The translations under genes were made by a program, and so were the position numbers. Source: Strigamia acuminata (taxonomy: Eukaryota). From it: DNA of 64,000 nt. The notes under the pieces were generated by a model. The model saw only the letters and a list, made by a program, of their open reading frames with translations. It searched no databases and was not told where the DNA came from. Location of the stretch: NCBI GenBank assembly GCA_949358305.1, contig OX442314.1, positions 20,956,001 through 21,020,000 on the forward strand. Direction: 5' to 3'. Shown here piece by piece: positions 34,588-45,254 of the stretch. Every line of letters begins with the position of its first letter. Position 1 is the first letter of the stretch.

Positions 34588-35197
34588 TGTCGTAACCTTG
34601 ATTCCGGTAAATAAACTTACACAATATCTTACTAATAACACCCTTTATTTCACACTTGTAATAATACAATAATGATACTTAACAATGTGGTCTCGGATCC
34701 TTGCTGGCGGATACGATTTGTTGCTGCACGGCAGTCTTACACGTGGCTTCTACTGTTGTCTAGGGTAATGGCGTCTGGCGAAACACGTGTTCGCAAACGC
34801 TTCGCTTCGGGAGATATTACGATCGTAGTATTGCTACGATAATATCTGTGACTCTGATTTATAGATGTAATTGGCAACGGGCATCGATCCTCTATCAATC
34901 CGGTAAAACGGCCTGACGGTGAGGTGGTGATGCTAATGTTGCTCTGGTATCTATAAAGTGGGGGTTTCCGGTCAGACACGGGTTTAAATAGTGGCTGGAC
35001 CGGAAATGACGTATTTGCATAAATTCGGGGAATTATGCAAATCTATGACGTTGTCACGTCAGTCTCGCAGAAACGGTAAAACTAGTATAGCTAATTTTCC
35101 CGCAATAATCTGACAATCATTTTACTATCAATATTAAAATTACTATTTATTAGGTTATGATTAATTAAAACACTTTTGTGACCTCGTGGTCACCACA
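34588..35197 (-). repeat. Gypsy 5' LTR (TATTTAAA box, paired octamers, AATAAA)
   Basis: Direct repeat of 24011-24620, adjacent to the PBS. Confidence 0.97.
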
Positions 35198-35213
35198 AGA
35201 TTTAGTTGAATCT

Positions 35214-35244
35214 TGGACTAATACTCAACCGGTATTACTCCCAG
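35214..35244. mobile_element. 31-bp imperfect-palindrome insertion with 8-9-bp TSD (DNA transposon micro-element or footprint)
   Basis: GTTGAATCT duplicated at 35205-35213 and 35245-35253. Insert is absent from the paralogous site near 52065. Ends TGGACTAATAC / GTATTACTCCCA. Confidence 0.6.
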
Positions 35245-35563
35245 GTTGAATCTAATAAGAAGGCCCAAGCGGCGGGCGCTGTAAATGCTCACCGCATGGT
35301 AGAATACACTAATGTTGGCGTGAACTAGGGATTACAAGTAAGAATAACAGCAATATTAGCTGCATGTACTGAAATATTTTAAATGTAAAAATAAAAATAA
35401 ATAAAAGGCAAATAAATGTCCAGTTCTCATTTATTACTTTTTATGCGTTTGAATTGTCTTTGATGGTATCAAAAGTCAAATCTTCGTAATCAGAAAAGAG
35501 TGTCACCATCGGTCGTAGGAGCTCTTTATAGTATCACTTGGTACGGCACCACATTCGAGAATA

Positions 35564-36608
35564 TGTCGCGCTCTACCGTCCGGTGACTTCACGTGGCTAT
35601 TGAGAATCACTTACCTTAATATATCGCTTGTTAGAGCGATTACCCAAAGAATGAATTACACCGTCAGATAAAATAAATGATATATTTATTAAACCAGAAG
35701 GTACAAATAATAATTAGGTCTATTTCTATATGTGTTTCCAAAGTCGATCCAAGATAGCGATTGGATTCGCACACGAGTTCACCTCGAGCGTGCTGATCCG
35801 TCGTCGTCCTTGGGGTCGCTTTTGTCTTCCTTCTCGTCCTCGGGCTCACGCTGGCGCGCGAGTGGAATGCTCTGAAACGAGTCTGAAATCCTCAGCTGTT
35901 GTCTCGGGTTTTGTTTCTTCGATCTTCTACGAAAGCTTACACAAAGACTGTCGTTGTTTATCCGGTGATACACACAGCAACGGATGCTACTTTGTTTCCG
36001 GCGATCACACAGTGGCGGATGCTACTTTGTTTCCGGCGATCACACAGTGGCGGATGCTACTTTCTTTCCGGCGATCACACAGCGGCGGAATTTACCTCTC
36101 CGGCGACCCCACAGCGGCGGAGAGCATTTTCTTTTTACAACAATTAGGCTCACGAGGCCGTTTTCCTCCTGACTTGCTAATTGTCGTTGATGATCACTCT
36201 CTTGGCTATTTCTGCCAAAGTAATTTGGTTAGATTGGTATCGCAGCTAACACTGCGAAGTTATCACAGAATAACGTTACTCGTGTATGAAATTGTCCTAT
36301 GTCCTAGGTCACTCTTTGCTTGGTTTGCTAAGCCCTGACGGTTTAGGACGTTGGGTTTTACGTGTTGTTTGGTTCGTTTCTGTGTTGGTTCTCCTGCTCC
36401 CGTGCTGAGGCAAATTCCTCTGTACAAAAGCACTCCATCCAGTGACCGGAGTCATCCAATGAGAGTAAGTAGAGTCCTCCAAACACTTGCCCATTGACTA
36501 AATGTCAATGCACTGAGAGAGGGGGGAGCGGCCTCGACTCTCCCACAAGGCGGAAGTGGGTGATGGAGCAACCACCCCAGGCTGACCCGTTATAGTGAGG
36601 TCACTACA
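35564..36608. mobile_element. Solo LTR (1045 bp), probably Gypsy
   Basis: TGT...ACA termini, 4-bp TSD AATA (35560-35563, 36609-36612), absent from the paralogous site near 52365. Confidence 0.85.
35961..36120. repeat. About 5 tandem copies of a 35-bp unit inside the solo LTR
   Basis: TCCGGCGATCACACAGTGGCGGATGCTACTTTGTT units start at 35961, 35997, 36032, 36067 and 36099. Confidence 0.9.
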
Positions 36609-38473
36609 AATATTAATTCCTAAAGTTCAAATTTACAGTATTCAGAAGCAGCAGAGATTTATAGTCTGTGGGGCCGTTCAACGTCAGCAAATGACTGATG
36701 AAGCCAGCAGCACCAAAACTGGTGGACATGCCAATTTTGGCATGCAGCCTTTGGTACTTCTTGGCATCCAAAGTCTGCAGAAGTACTCTTGGATTCATTC
36801 CTGCATCACTTGGAGTTCTTTGGAAGGTCATTGGCAATTTTTTCTCAACGGCTACAAATACAACGAAGGCACCGGGCTGACCATTGGAGAATTTATTCAA
36901 CCAAATGGTGTGGTGGTGTTGGGACAAGATCAAGATGTTGATGATGGGCAGCACGACGTGAAGGATCAAATGAGAGGCCAAATCAGTGATCTGAATATGT
37001 GGGATTCAGTATTATCATTAACATTATCATTTATTCGGCACTCCAATGGAGTAAAATAAAAAGAAAAAATACATAGAAAAATTACATATTAGTCCTGGTA
37101 CGCAGAAGATAGTTGTGGAGGTGGCGGTGAAAATGGCGGCAGTGAAAACGGCACTTGAAAGCGGAGCAATCAAAAACGGAATCGCGGACAACCAATTGAA
37201 GAGTATTCCACATCGTAGTGCAGCAATAAGGAAAGGTTTTGGCTTTGTACGTGGAGATGCAGGCGGTGACTTCGAAAGAGTGGCAACGAGTGGATCAGGT
37301 GGCTATCTCCGAGTTGTAAATACTGACGATGGCGTGGGCAGGGTGGCTAGGGTCCCTGATCGCGTCCGTGAGGGACGACAGGTCTTTAAGGCGCAGCACG
37401 TTGGACAGGGTTAGGATCTTGTGGTGATTACAGAAGGGGGTGATGCGGGTCCTGGGGGGGATCTTGTAGGAAGCTCGGAATACATGGTAATAGACAGTTT
37501 TGAGGGGAATTTTGAAATGTCGGGGGGGGGGGACTAGTTTCAGATGGGGGAGGCATAGGAGATGGAGGGGTAAATCTTAGTTTTGATGTAGGTAGTGAGT
37601 TCACGACGAGTCAAGACCTTACAAATGTGCTTCACGATTTTCGAGACTTCGAAATAATCTAGCTGCGATTGCAGCACGCGCGAGCAACAATTTGAGACGT
37701 ATTTTTAAACTTAACTAATTTTAATCGTTGAAGATTTTAACAAGGAAAATCGCGTGGTGACACACGATGATACAGGTAAAAAAGATGGTGGTCAATCCCA
37801 AAAACGGGGTTAACTTCCGGTTAACAAGGACCGGTCAAAATTACAGATTACACACCAGAGGGCACTCTTGGTGTCCCTCGATCAAAAAACACTATTGTCG
37901 TTAAAACATTACCAATACAATTCGATATTCGATAAAAACAATTACAAAGAGACTTAAAACACTTTTCGAAATAAAACACTAAAATTAAACATAAATTGAA
38001 ATCATTACTAAACATTAAATCCAAATCTGGATTTTACATTGCCGGGGGAAAAAACCACAAATCTAATTGTCGTCGGCGACTTCCAACGAGCAAAGTCTCT
38101 GCACCGGTCTTCTTAACGTTTTCCCTCCCGGCAGCATCATCTCGCAAGATCGAATTTTCCCATCTCTACCGTCAAACGTCTTCGTAATTTTCGCCGTCTT
38201 CCACGTCATGCGTGGCTGACCCTGTTCCTGCACGAGGACTAAATCGTTAACGCAAATCTCTTTAGATGCTCGTACTCGTCGAAATTCCCTCAACTCCACG
38301 AGGTACTCATGGGACCAACGACGCCACAATAAATTTGTAAATCTCTGGCGCAACTTCCATCGTTTAACTAACTCCGTTCTCTTCGAAATATCGACGTGAT
38401 GCTCCGAGTTGTAAATGTCGGGCAAACTTGAAATTCGGGTCCCGATCAAAAAATGTGATGGCGACAGCGGTTC

Positions 38474-41400
38474 TGTTGTTTATCAATGCCAAACAGTCCT
38501 CCGTACTTGTTTTGCGCATTTCTTAAAGTATTACTGCATTATGCAGCCTAGTGTATTTATTAGGATTTATTTCATTATTTAACATTGGGCATAATGCTGC
38601 CTGCATCATGTTAGTATTAGTTTACTTTTTCCAACACCAGATGGTGTCACTTGTATGTTTTCTCTCAATCACAATGGCCGCTTGCATGCCAGCAAGCACT
38701 CATGTATTTTCTCCATCTAAATGGACCAAATTATGTAAGCATTTTCGTTTTTATTAAACATATAGTTTATTTTACATTGTGTTTGCTATATATGAGCACT
38801 TTAGAGTGCAGTGACTTCATTTTCCACCATTTTCAAGCGCTGGAGGTGCGCGCACGTCATTGCGCTCATGTTAGCCGTGTTTCGGCATTTAAACTCGCTT
38901 CCACACACAGTATTTTATACTGTGAGCGCACTCCTCTGCTACAAGTGGTAGCAGAGGATGGTTGCTATCCTTGCAGCACGCCGAAACCGCTAATTTTATC
39001 GTTATTTTCGCGAAATTCGCGAATTTGCGATAAATTTTCTATTTGCAGATTGCGCCGATTTCCGCGACGATTTTCGTCTCTAGAACGTTCGAGACGACAC
39101 GCCGACGTTCTCACGTAGTCTGCCCGATCAACTCTACGATTTTTCATTTAATTTCGTCCGAATTTCTGCGGGTTTCGCAATTTTCGAGACGAATTTCAAT
39201 TTATTTTCAGGTTTTCGCCATTTTCCAACGAGATTCAACGTTGGAAACCCGCTTTATACAGCGTGAACGACGATTTGTTGGATATCCCGACCTCGTACAC
39301 CGTGTACGGTCGTTGTTACGACGATTTTCCAGGATTTTCGCATTTTAAATGCGCAACAACGCCATTTTCGATTCTCGAATATTGGCGCAACGTCTCATCA
39401 CACTAATTAATACTTGCCTTTCAGTTGTCGTAATTAGCTTGTTAGTATTTAAGGTCGTATTAAGTTTTTGTGGGTCCTTTAGAATAGTTTTTGCTCTTCT
39501 GTTCCAGTCGGAACTACCGCATTAACTCATTCCTAGCCAGTGCTTACCGTGGCCAACAGGTACTCCCGCGCCTCCAGGCAGGCGAACGGACCCCTGTGTG
39601 TTGGCTGGCTAGGGTTATTTGGCCACTTCAGAAGTGGTCGCCCAATTCGATTGATATCCGCTTTGACAGTGCTTCGATCAGTGCGCCGTATTTGTGTTGT
39701 GCTACGCGATATTGTACCATTCTCCATCCAGTGTGTTTTGCTACGGATTGTTTCGTAACTCCACGTCATGTCAAAGTCCGCAGACGGAAATCCAGGACGT
39801 CTTCCCATCCTTAGCGTAGGAAACTACGAACTTTGGCAGCGCTCAATGCGCATGGTACTCCGAAGCGAGGAATTGTGGGAACACGTAACGGAAGAAGAGG
39901 AGGTGGAATTCCTTAAAACCGCCGGAGATAAGGAGAAAAAGAAGTACAAACGTCGGAAAGCCAAAGCATTAGGCTTAATATACTGTTCTGTAAGCGAGGC
40001 GAAGAAGTCTGCGCTAGATGATTGTAAAACCCCGAAGGAAGCATGGGACATCTTAGCCAACATTTATGCGCCATCATCTCGTGCGCGACAGGCAGCCATG
40101 CGCCGCGAATTTTTGAATTTGCGCCTGGAGCAGGGCGAAGATATGGCCGACTTCTTAGGACGCGTAGACTATCATGTCCGCCAAATGAAGGATATCGGAG
40201 AGATAACTACGCCTGATCATCACGCTTACCAATACTTGGACTTATTACCTCGTGAATATTCACAAATTTCATTCACGACATATCACTTGCCCAAAGGAGA
40301 ATTTACACCAAAGAAAGTGTCTGAACAATTGCTCGCGGAACATATGGATTCGCGCGACATAGACAATTCTAAATCTCCACGTGCCTATGCTGGTGAAAAA
40401 CAGCAACGTGGGAGAAATCGTTCTCGTCCCTCTCAACCGTTATCTTCGGTGCAGTGTTTTAATTGCCAGGAATTTGGCCATTATGCTAATAAATGTTCAT
40501 TACCGCCGCGCCGAGATGACAAAAATCAACCGACAGCTTCACTTCAAAGGAAGCCAAGAAGTTCTAGCCGCAAACGCAACAAGAACTCAAACCGTGATGA
40601 TTCGAGGCCAAGGGGGAATTCCAGCGCAAGGCGGGAAACGAACTTTTTCGCCAGTGCTCCGCAACAGTTGCCCACAATTCACTTCATGCAATCACATGAA
40701 TGGATCGTGGATTGTGGGGCAACTGATCATGTGTGCCACGTTCAAGCATGGTTTCAGGACTTTGTCAAAGTTGTGCCCTTTAATATCGCATTGGGTCAAG
40801 GACATTCCGAAGTTCTAGGAAAGGGCAAAGTCCAGATTATCTCCATGATTAACAACGTAGAATGTGTCGTAAATCTCCAAGATGTGTTGTATGCGCCAAA
40901 ATTTGAGGCGAATTTGATTTCAGTGTCAAAAATGGATAAAACTAAACATCACATCCATATTTGGAATGGAGACGTTTATGTCTACAAATCCGACATTAAG
41001 CATCCAATGCTTCGGGCCAAAGAAAAGGGCGGCCTTTATTATGTCGACGGCTTGTGCCCACCTTCAACACTGATGTCAACAGTGGATGTACCTATTGCGC
41101 AGTCAATCGCTCCGACCCGAACATTAGTCACGACAGAAGAGGATTTCATCCAGTATCCAAGAGCAAAGAAAAAGTCGAAAAATCCTGAACTTTTTACTGA
41201 TTTTCGGCTCGAATTCCCTCCTTTGCCAAATGAAATTACTCCACCTGTACCAATCAAAGTAATCCAGTCCAAGACACTTCCTGTACCTACTCCCACCAAT
41301 CCGTTACCTCAAGTCCCATCCTTTGCCAAGACATTAAAGGCAAACCCACCGATCTCCCAACCGAGTTCAAATTCAAAACCGAATTCAAAGCCAACCAACG

Positions 41401-44400
41401 CAAAGAAGGTTGCAGCACCATCGGTTAAAAAGGATGCGACAGGGATATGGCACAGCAGATTGGGTCATCTTCACACCAATGCAATGAAACTTTTGGCCGG
41501 AAATAACCAAGTTTATGGAGTGACACCGGCAGAAGTGAACAAGGAACTTTCGTGTAATCATTGTCGAATTGCGAAATCAACGCGCATTTCCCATAAACCT
41601 GATGAACATCCTATTTCTACAAAGGCTTTAGATCTCCTACACATGGACGTGTGGGGAGCATCAAGAACGACTTCCTACGGAGGCGCGCGTTATGTGCTAA
41701 CGATTATCGACGACGCCACGCGCTATGCCTGGATATTTCCGATGGCTCAAAAATCCCAAGTATTTGGATTGTTCAAAGACTACGTCACACGAATCGAACG
41801 AGTGACAGGTAAACGAGTGAAGGCCATCCGAACTGACCGAGGAGGGGAGTTCTTATCAAACGAATTCGACCGCTATTTGAAGGAAACTGGGATTCAAGCC
41901 CAACGGACCAATCCACATAGTCCCGCTATGAATGGCACAGCGGAAAGAATAAACCGCACCATGGCGGATTACACGCGTGCCATCCTAGACGAAACCGAAC
42001 TTCCGAATGAACTTTGGGCGGAATTCGCAGTAACTTTCTCTTATATAAAGAACCGGTGCCCTCATTCTCGTCTCAAAAATGAGGTGCCCTATATTTTGTG
42101 GCGACGACGTGCCCTTTCGCTTAGACACCTGCGCAAGTTAGGCTCCAAGTGCTGGGTTCATCACACAGCACCTGGCAGGGACAAGCTCGATCCACGAGCT
42201 TGGGAGGGCTATTTGGTTGGATACGCCACGACAACGCGAGGTTATCGCGTCTGGAATCCAACAGATAACAAAGTCATCGAATCCATTCACGTCCAAATTG
42301 ACGAACGGCAATCCTACAAACGTTCCAACCATTATCGAGGTCCGCAGCAACCGTGGATGGGACCAGATGAGGACCAATCGCATCAAACATCGCAAACTTA
42401 TCAACCATTGCGCATTTCACAACCGCATGTGAGGTTTGACGACGAACTGGAATATACTGATTGGCCCAAATTTCCGGATTCAGAGGATGAATGTGATACG
42501 GACTATGACTCTGACGATTCGACCCCAGCGGGTGCTCAATTCCGAACTCCGCCAGCCACTCCAACTCCGGGATCTCCTATTCGAGCCCCTCTAATTACTC
42601 CAGTAATAACGCCGGTGCCGAGTCCAGTTATTACTCCCGGCAATACACCAAGTCATACACCACCTGGTTCACCTCCGAGTTTTGTAAATGCTCGTCGAGG
42701 CTCTCGTGGAAATGCGCCACAAGCTCATCAAGCAGCCCACCATGGTCCACCTCCAACTGGAGCTGCAACTGCATATAAATGGCGTTACATTGGTGGAGAT
42801 ACTGAGTGTAGACACTGGAAAAGGGAGGAACATTTGCGCAAAGTACAGGAACCTGGAAAACTCAAAGTCGATGTTTATTATTTCCCAGAAGCAGGACTCC
42901 GATTACGTTCTAGAGGTGACGTTGAGGAATTCTGTCACATGAACAACATTCCTTATGATCCTGAACTATTTTATTTTGGCAATATGGAATATGAATTGGA
43001 GGATCTTCCACAACCACTTCCCAGAGTGCACCTTTGTCGTCGTGATCCCACTAGTTACGCAGAGGCTGTAAGATTTCCGGATTCGACCAAATGGCAAGAA
43101 GCCATTAATGAAGAGTTAGACACTTTTGCAGAAAGAGGCGTCTATGAAGAGGTCCCTAAACCGGAAAATACAACCATATTAGGGTGCAAGTGGCTCTTCA
43201 AACTGAAGGAAGATGCTCTAGGCAAACCAGCCAGATATCGCGCTAGATTAGTGGCACAGGGCTTTCGCCAAACGTTAGGAGTGGACTACGATGAAGTCTT
43301 TAGCCCTGTTATCAACTTTGTTCTCATACGCCTATTTTTCTGTCTATTAGTAGTCCTCAAAGGGTGGAAGGACGCGCACTTAGATGTGAAATGCGCGTAC
43401 CTATACGGCGATCTTGCGCACAAAGTATATATGCGCATTCCAGCTGGCGCAACATGTTCAAATCCAAATCACGTATGGCTCCTAATAAAATCGCTCTATG
43501 GACTCCATCAGTCCGGGCGCCAATGGTTTGAAAAACTGGATCAAACATTGCGCGATTTGGGATTTCGCAGATTACCAGGGTGCAACTGTGTGTACATATA
43601 CGGAACTTCCGCCGTGATGCTAATATACGTCGATGATATAGTACTATTTCACGCGACGGATGGCATCCTGACGCAATTAATTGCTCTTATCAGCACCAAA
43701 TTCGATGTCGTGAATTTAGGACCAATTACAAAACTTTTAGGTGTAGAGTTCATTCGTACTCCCAAGGGAATCTTCATCATCCAACGTGCATACATACAGA
43801 AGATTCTCAAGAAATTTGAAATTATCGCCGATAAACTCATCAAGGTCCCAGTAACACCAGGAACGACGCTCGTCAAAGGGTCAAAAGAAGATTTGCCAGA
43901 ATTTCCCTATCGTTCGTTAATAGGCTCTCTTCTCTTCCTCGCATCGAGGACACGACCCGACATATTATTCTCAGTTATAATGTTATCACAGTTTAACAAT
44001 TGCTATAACCACACGCACATCAAGGCACTCATGCAGGTTGTGCGCTACGTAGGCAATACTTTGGATTACGCAATTGAACTGTCAAATTGTTCCAATGGAC
44101 AACTATGGGGATATACTGACGCGTCCTGGGCCACCGAAGTCAGCACTTCTTTGAGTTTCGGCGGGTATATAGCCTATATTGGAAACGTCCCCATCGGATG
44201 GAGTTGTCGTAAACAAACCAGCGTGGCGTGCTCAACGATGGAGGCGGAGTTTGTCGCCCTCGTTGAGTGCGTCCGTGAGCTTTATTGGCTCGATTACGTC
44301 TACAGTTCTGTCCCGATGCTGAATAGATCTTCACCACCTATAGTGTTCTCCGATGCGCTTTCTTCTATCCAATTCACATCAAATGACGTGGAGAACAGTA

Positions 44401-45254
44401 AAACGAAACATATCCGAGTGAAATTTCATTGGATTCGGGAATGGTACACAGCAGGTGCATTCCAATTGCGCAAAGTCCCCGGATCAATGAACGTGGCAGA
44501 CATTTTTACCAAATGGTTGGGCTCATCTCAACTGCGTCTCCTGATTTCCCGGATTTTCAATTTCAACCTATCGTGACATTCTTAATTTAGTTTTACCCGA
44601 ATTGTGAGGATCATCGAGTTCCAGTGGGAATTTTCGGGCTTCCGTAGTGATTCATATAACAGTACCTGGCTCGATGTTCCGAATTATTATTTCCATTATT
44701 ATTATTCTATGTAAAGTTACATTTAAAGTTTTTCCCTTAACTTATTCTTTATTTTTGCGGCTATTTGCCATCGAAGGGGGAAATTGTTGTTTATCAATGC
44801 CAAACAGTCCTCCGTACTTGTTTTGCGCATTTCTTAAAGTATTACTGCATTATGCAGCCTAGTGTATTTATTAGGATTTATTTCATTATTTAACATTGGG
44901 CATAATGCTGCCTGCATCATGTTAGTATTAGTTTACTTTTTCCAACACCAGATGGTGTCACTTGTATGTTTTCTCTCAATCACAATGGCCGCTTGCATGC
45001 CAGCAAGCACTCATGTATTTTCTCCATCTAAATGGACCAAATTATGTAAGCATTTTCGTTTTTATTAAACATATAGTTTATTTTACATTGTGTTTGCTAT
45101 ATATGAGCACTTTAGAGTGCAGTGACTTCATTTTCCACCATTTTCAAGCGCTGGAGGTGCGCGCACGTCATTGCGCTCATGTTAGCCGTGTTTCGGCATT
45201 TAAACTCGCTTCCACACACAGTATTTTATACTGTGAGCGCACTCCTCTGCTACA
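38474..45254 (+). mobile_element. Full-length Ty1/Copia retrotransposon (CopiaMBD type), inserted antisense in the BEL integrase
   Basis: 470-bp LTRs 38474-38943 and 44785-45254 (TG...CA, no differences seen). 5-bp TSD GGTTC. Perfect iMet PBS TGGTAGCAGAGGATGGTT (38946-38963). PPT GAAGGGGGAAA. Confidence 0.97.
39768..44576 (+). CDS. Copia polyprotein gag-PR-IN-MBD-RT-RNaseH (1602 aa, intact)
   Basis: CFNCQEFGHYANKC, WIVDCGATDH, WHSRLGH, IRTDRGGEF, an MBD (WKRE...RK...DVYY...LRS...YDPELFYF), YRARLVAQGF, IYVDD, YTDASWA, ADIFTK. Confidence 0.97.
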   Translation: MSKSADGNPGRLPILSVGNYELWQRSMRMVLRSEELWEHVTEEEEVEFLKTAGDKEKKKYKRRKAKALGLIYCSVSEAKKSALDDCKTPKEAWDILANIYAPSSRARQAAMRREFLNLRLEQGEDMADFLGRVDYHVRQMKDIGEITTPDHHAYQYLDLLPREYSQISFTTYHLPKGEFTPKKVSEQLLAEHMDSRDIDNSKSPRAYAGEKQQRGRNRSRPSQPLSSVQCFNCQEFGHYANKCSLPPRRDDKNQPTASLQRKPRSSSRKRNKNSNRDDSRPRGNSSARRETNFFASAPQQLPTIHFMQSHEWIVDCGATDHVCHVQAWFQDFVKVVPFNIALGQGHSEVLGKGKVQIISMINNVECVVNLQDVLYAPKFEANLISVSKMDKTKHHIHIWNGDVYVYKSDIKHPMLRAKEKGGLYYVDGLCPPSTLMSTVDVPIAQSIAPTRTLVTTEEDFIQYPRAKKKSKNPELFTDFRLEFPPLPNEITPPVPIKVIQSKTLPVPTPTNPLPQVPSFAKTLKANPPISQPSSNSKPNSKPTNAKKVAAPSVKKDATGIWHSRLGHLHTNAMKLLAGNNQVYGVTPAEVNKELSCNHCRIAKSTRISHKPDEHPISTKALDLLHMDVWGASRTTSYGGARYVLTIIDDATRYAWIFPMAQKSQVFGLFKDYVTRIERVTGKRVKAIRTDRGGEFLSNEFDRYLKETGIQAQRTNPHSPAMNGTAERINRTMADYTRAILDETELPNELWAEFAVTFSYIKNRCPHSRLKNEVPYILWRRRALSLRHLRKLGSKCWVHHTAPGRDKLDPRAWEGYLVGYATTTRGYRVWNPTDNKVIESIHVQIDERQSYKRSNHYRGPQQPWMGPDEDQSHQTSQTYQPLRISQPHVRFDDELEYTDWPKFPDSEDECDTDYDSDDSTPAGAQFRTPPATPTPGSPIRAPLITPVITPVPSPVITPGNTPSHTPPGSPPSFVNARRGSRGNAPQAHQAAHHGPPPTGAATAYKWRYIGGDTECRHWKREEHLRKVQEPGKLKVDVYYFPEAGLRLRSRGDVEEFCHMNNIPYDPELFYFGNMEYELEDLPQPLPRVHLCRRDPTSYAEAVRFPDSTKWQEAINEELDTFAERGVYEEVPKPENTTILGCKWLFKLKEDALGKPARYRARLVAQGFRQTLGVDYDEVFSPVINFVLIRLFFCLLVVLKGWKDAHLDVKCAYLYGDLAHKVYMRIPAGATCSNPNHVWLLIKSLYGLHQSGRQWFEKLDQTLRDLGFRRLPGCNCVYIYGTSAVMLIYVDDIVLFHATDGILTQLIALISTKFDVVNLGPITKLLGVEFIRTPKGIFIIQRAYIQKILKKFEIIADKLIKVPVTPGTTLVKGSKEDLPEFPYRSLIGSLLFLASRTRPDILFSVIMLSQFNNCYNHTHIKALMQVVRYVGNTLDYAIELSNCSNGQLWGYTDASWATEVSTSLSFGGYIAYIGNVPIGWSCRKQTSVACSTMEAEFVALVECVRELYWLDYVYSSVPMLNRSSPPIVFSDALSSIQFTSNDVENSKTKHIRVKFHWIREWYTAGAFQLRKVPGSMNVADIFTKWLGSSQLRLLISRIFNFNLS

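Larger units (their letters stand above)
24011..35197 (-). mobile_element. Full-length Ty3/Gypsy LTR retrotransposon (11.2 kb) with gag, pol and an extra ORF3
   Basis: 610-bp LTRs 24011-24620 and 34588-35197 (TG...CA, one mismatch seen). 4-bp TSD AGAT (24007-24010, 35198-35201). PBS TGGGGGTCTGTCCGGGAT resembling tRNA-Pro. Purine tract GAGGAGGGGACG before the 3' LTR. Confidence 0.97.
23438..35327 (+). pseudogene. Pseudogene copy of the Gly-rich/coiled-coil secreted protein gene, split by the Gypsy element
   Basis: Homologous to 51400-52138. Has a frameshifting deletion just after ATG TCT, further indels, a Gypsy insertion at 24010/35198 and a 31-bp insertion at 35214. Confidence 0.85.

Noticed and set aside
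35961..36120. Repeat array superficially like CRISPR
   Set aside because: Head-to-tail 35-bp units with no unique spacers, inside a solo LTR in a eukaryote.
38551..39118. ORFs in the Copia LTR (also 44862-45294)
   Set aside because: LTR sequence, non-ATG starts, no protein features.
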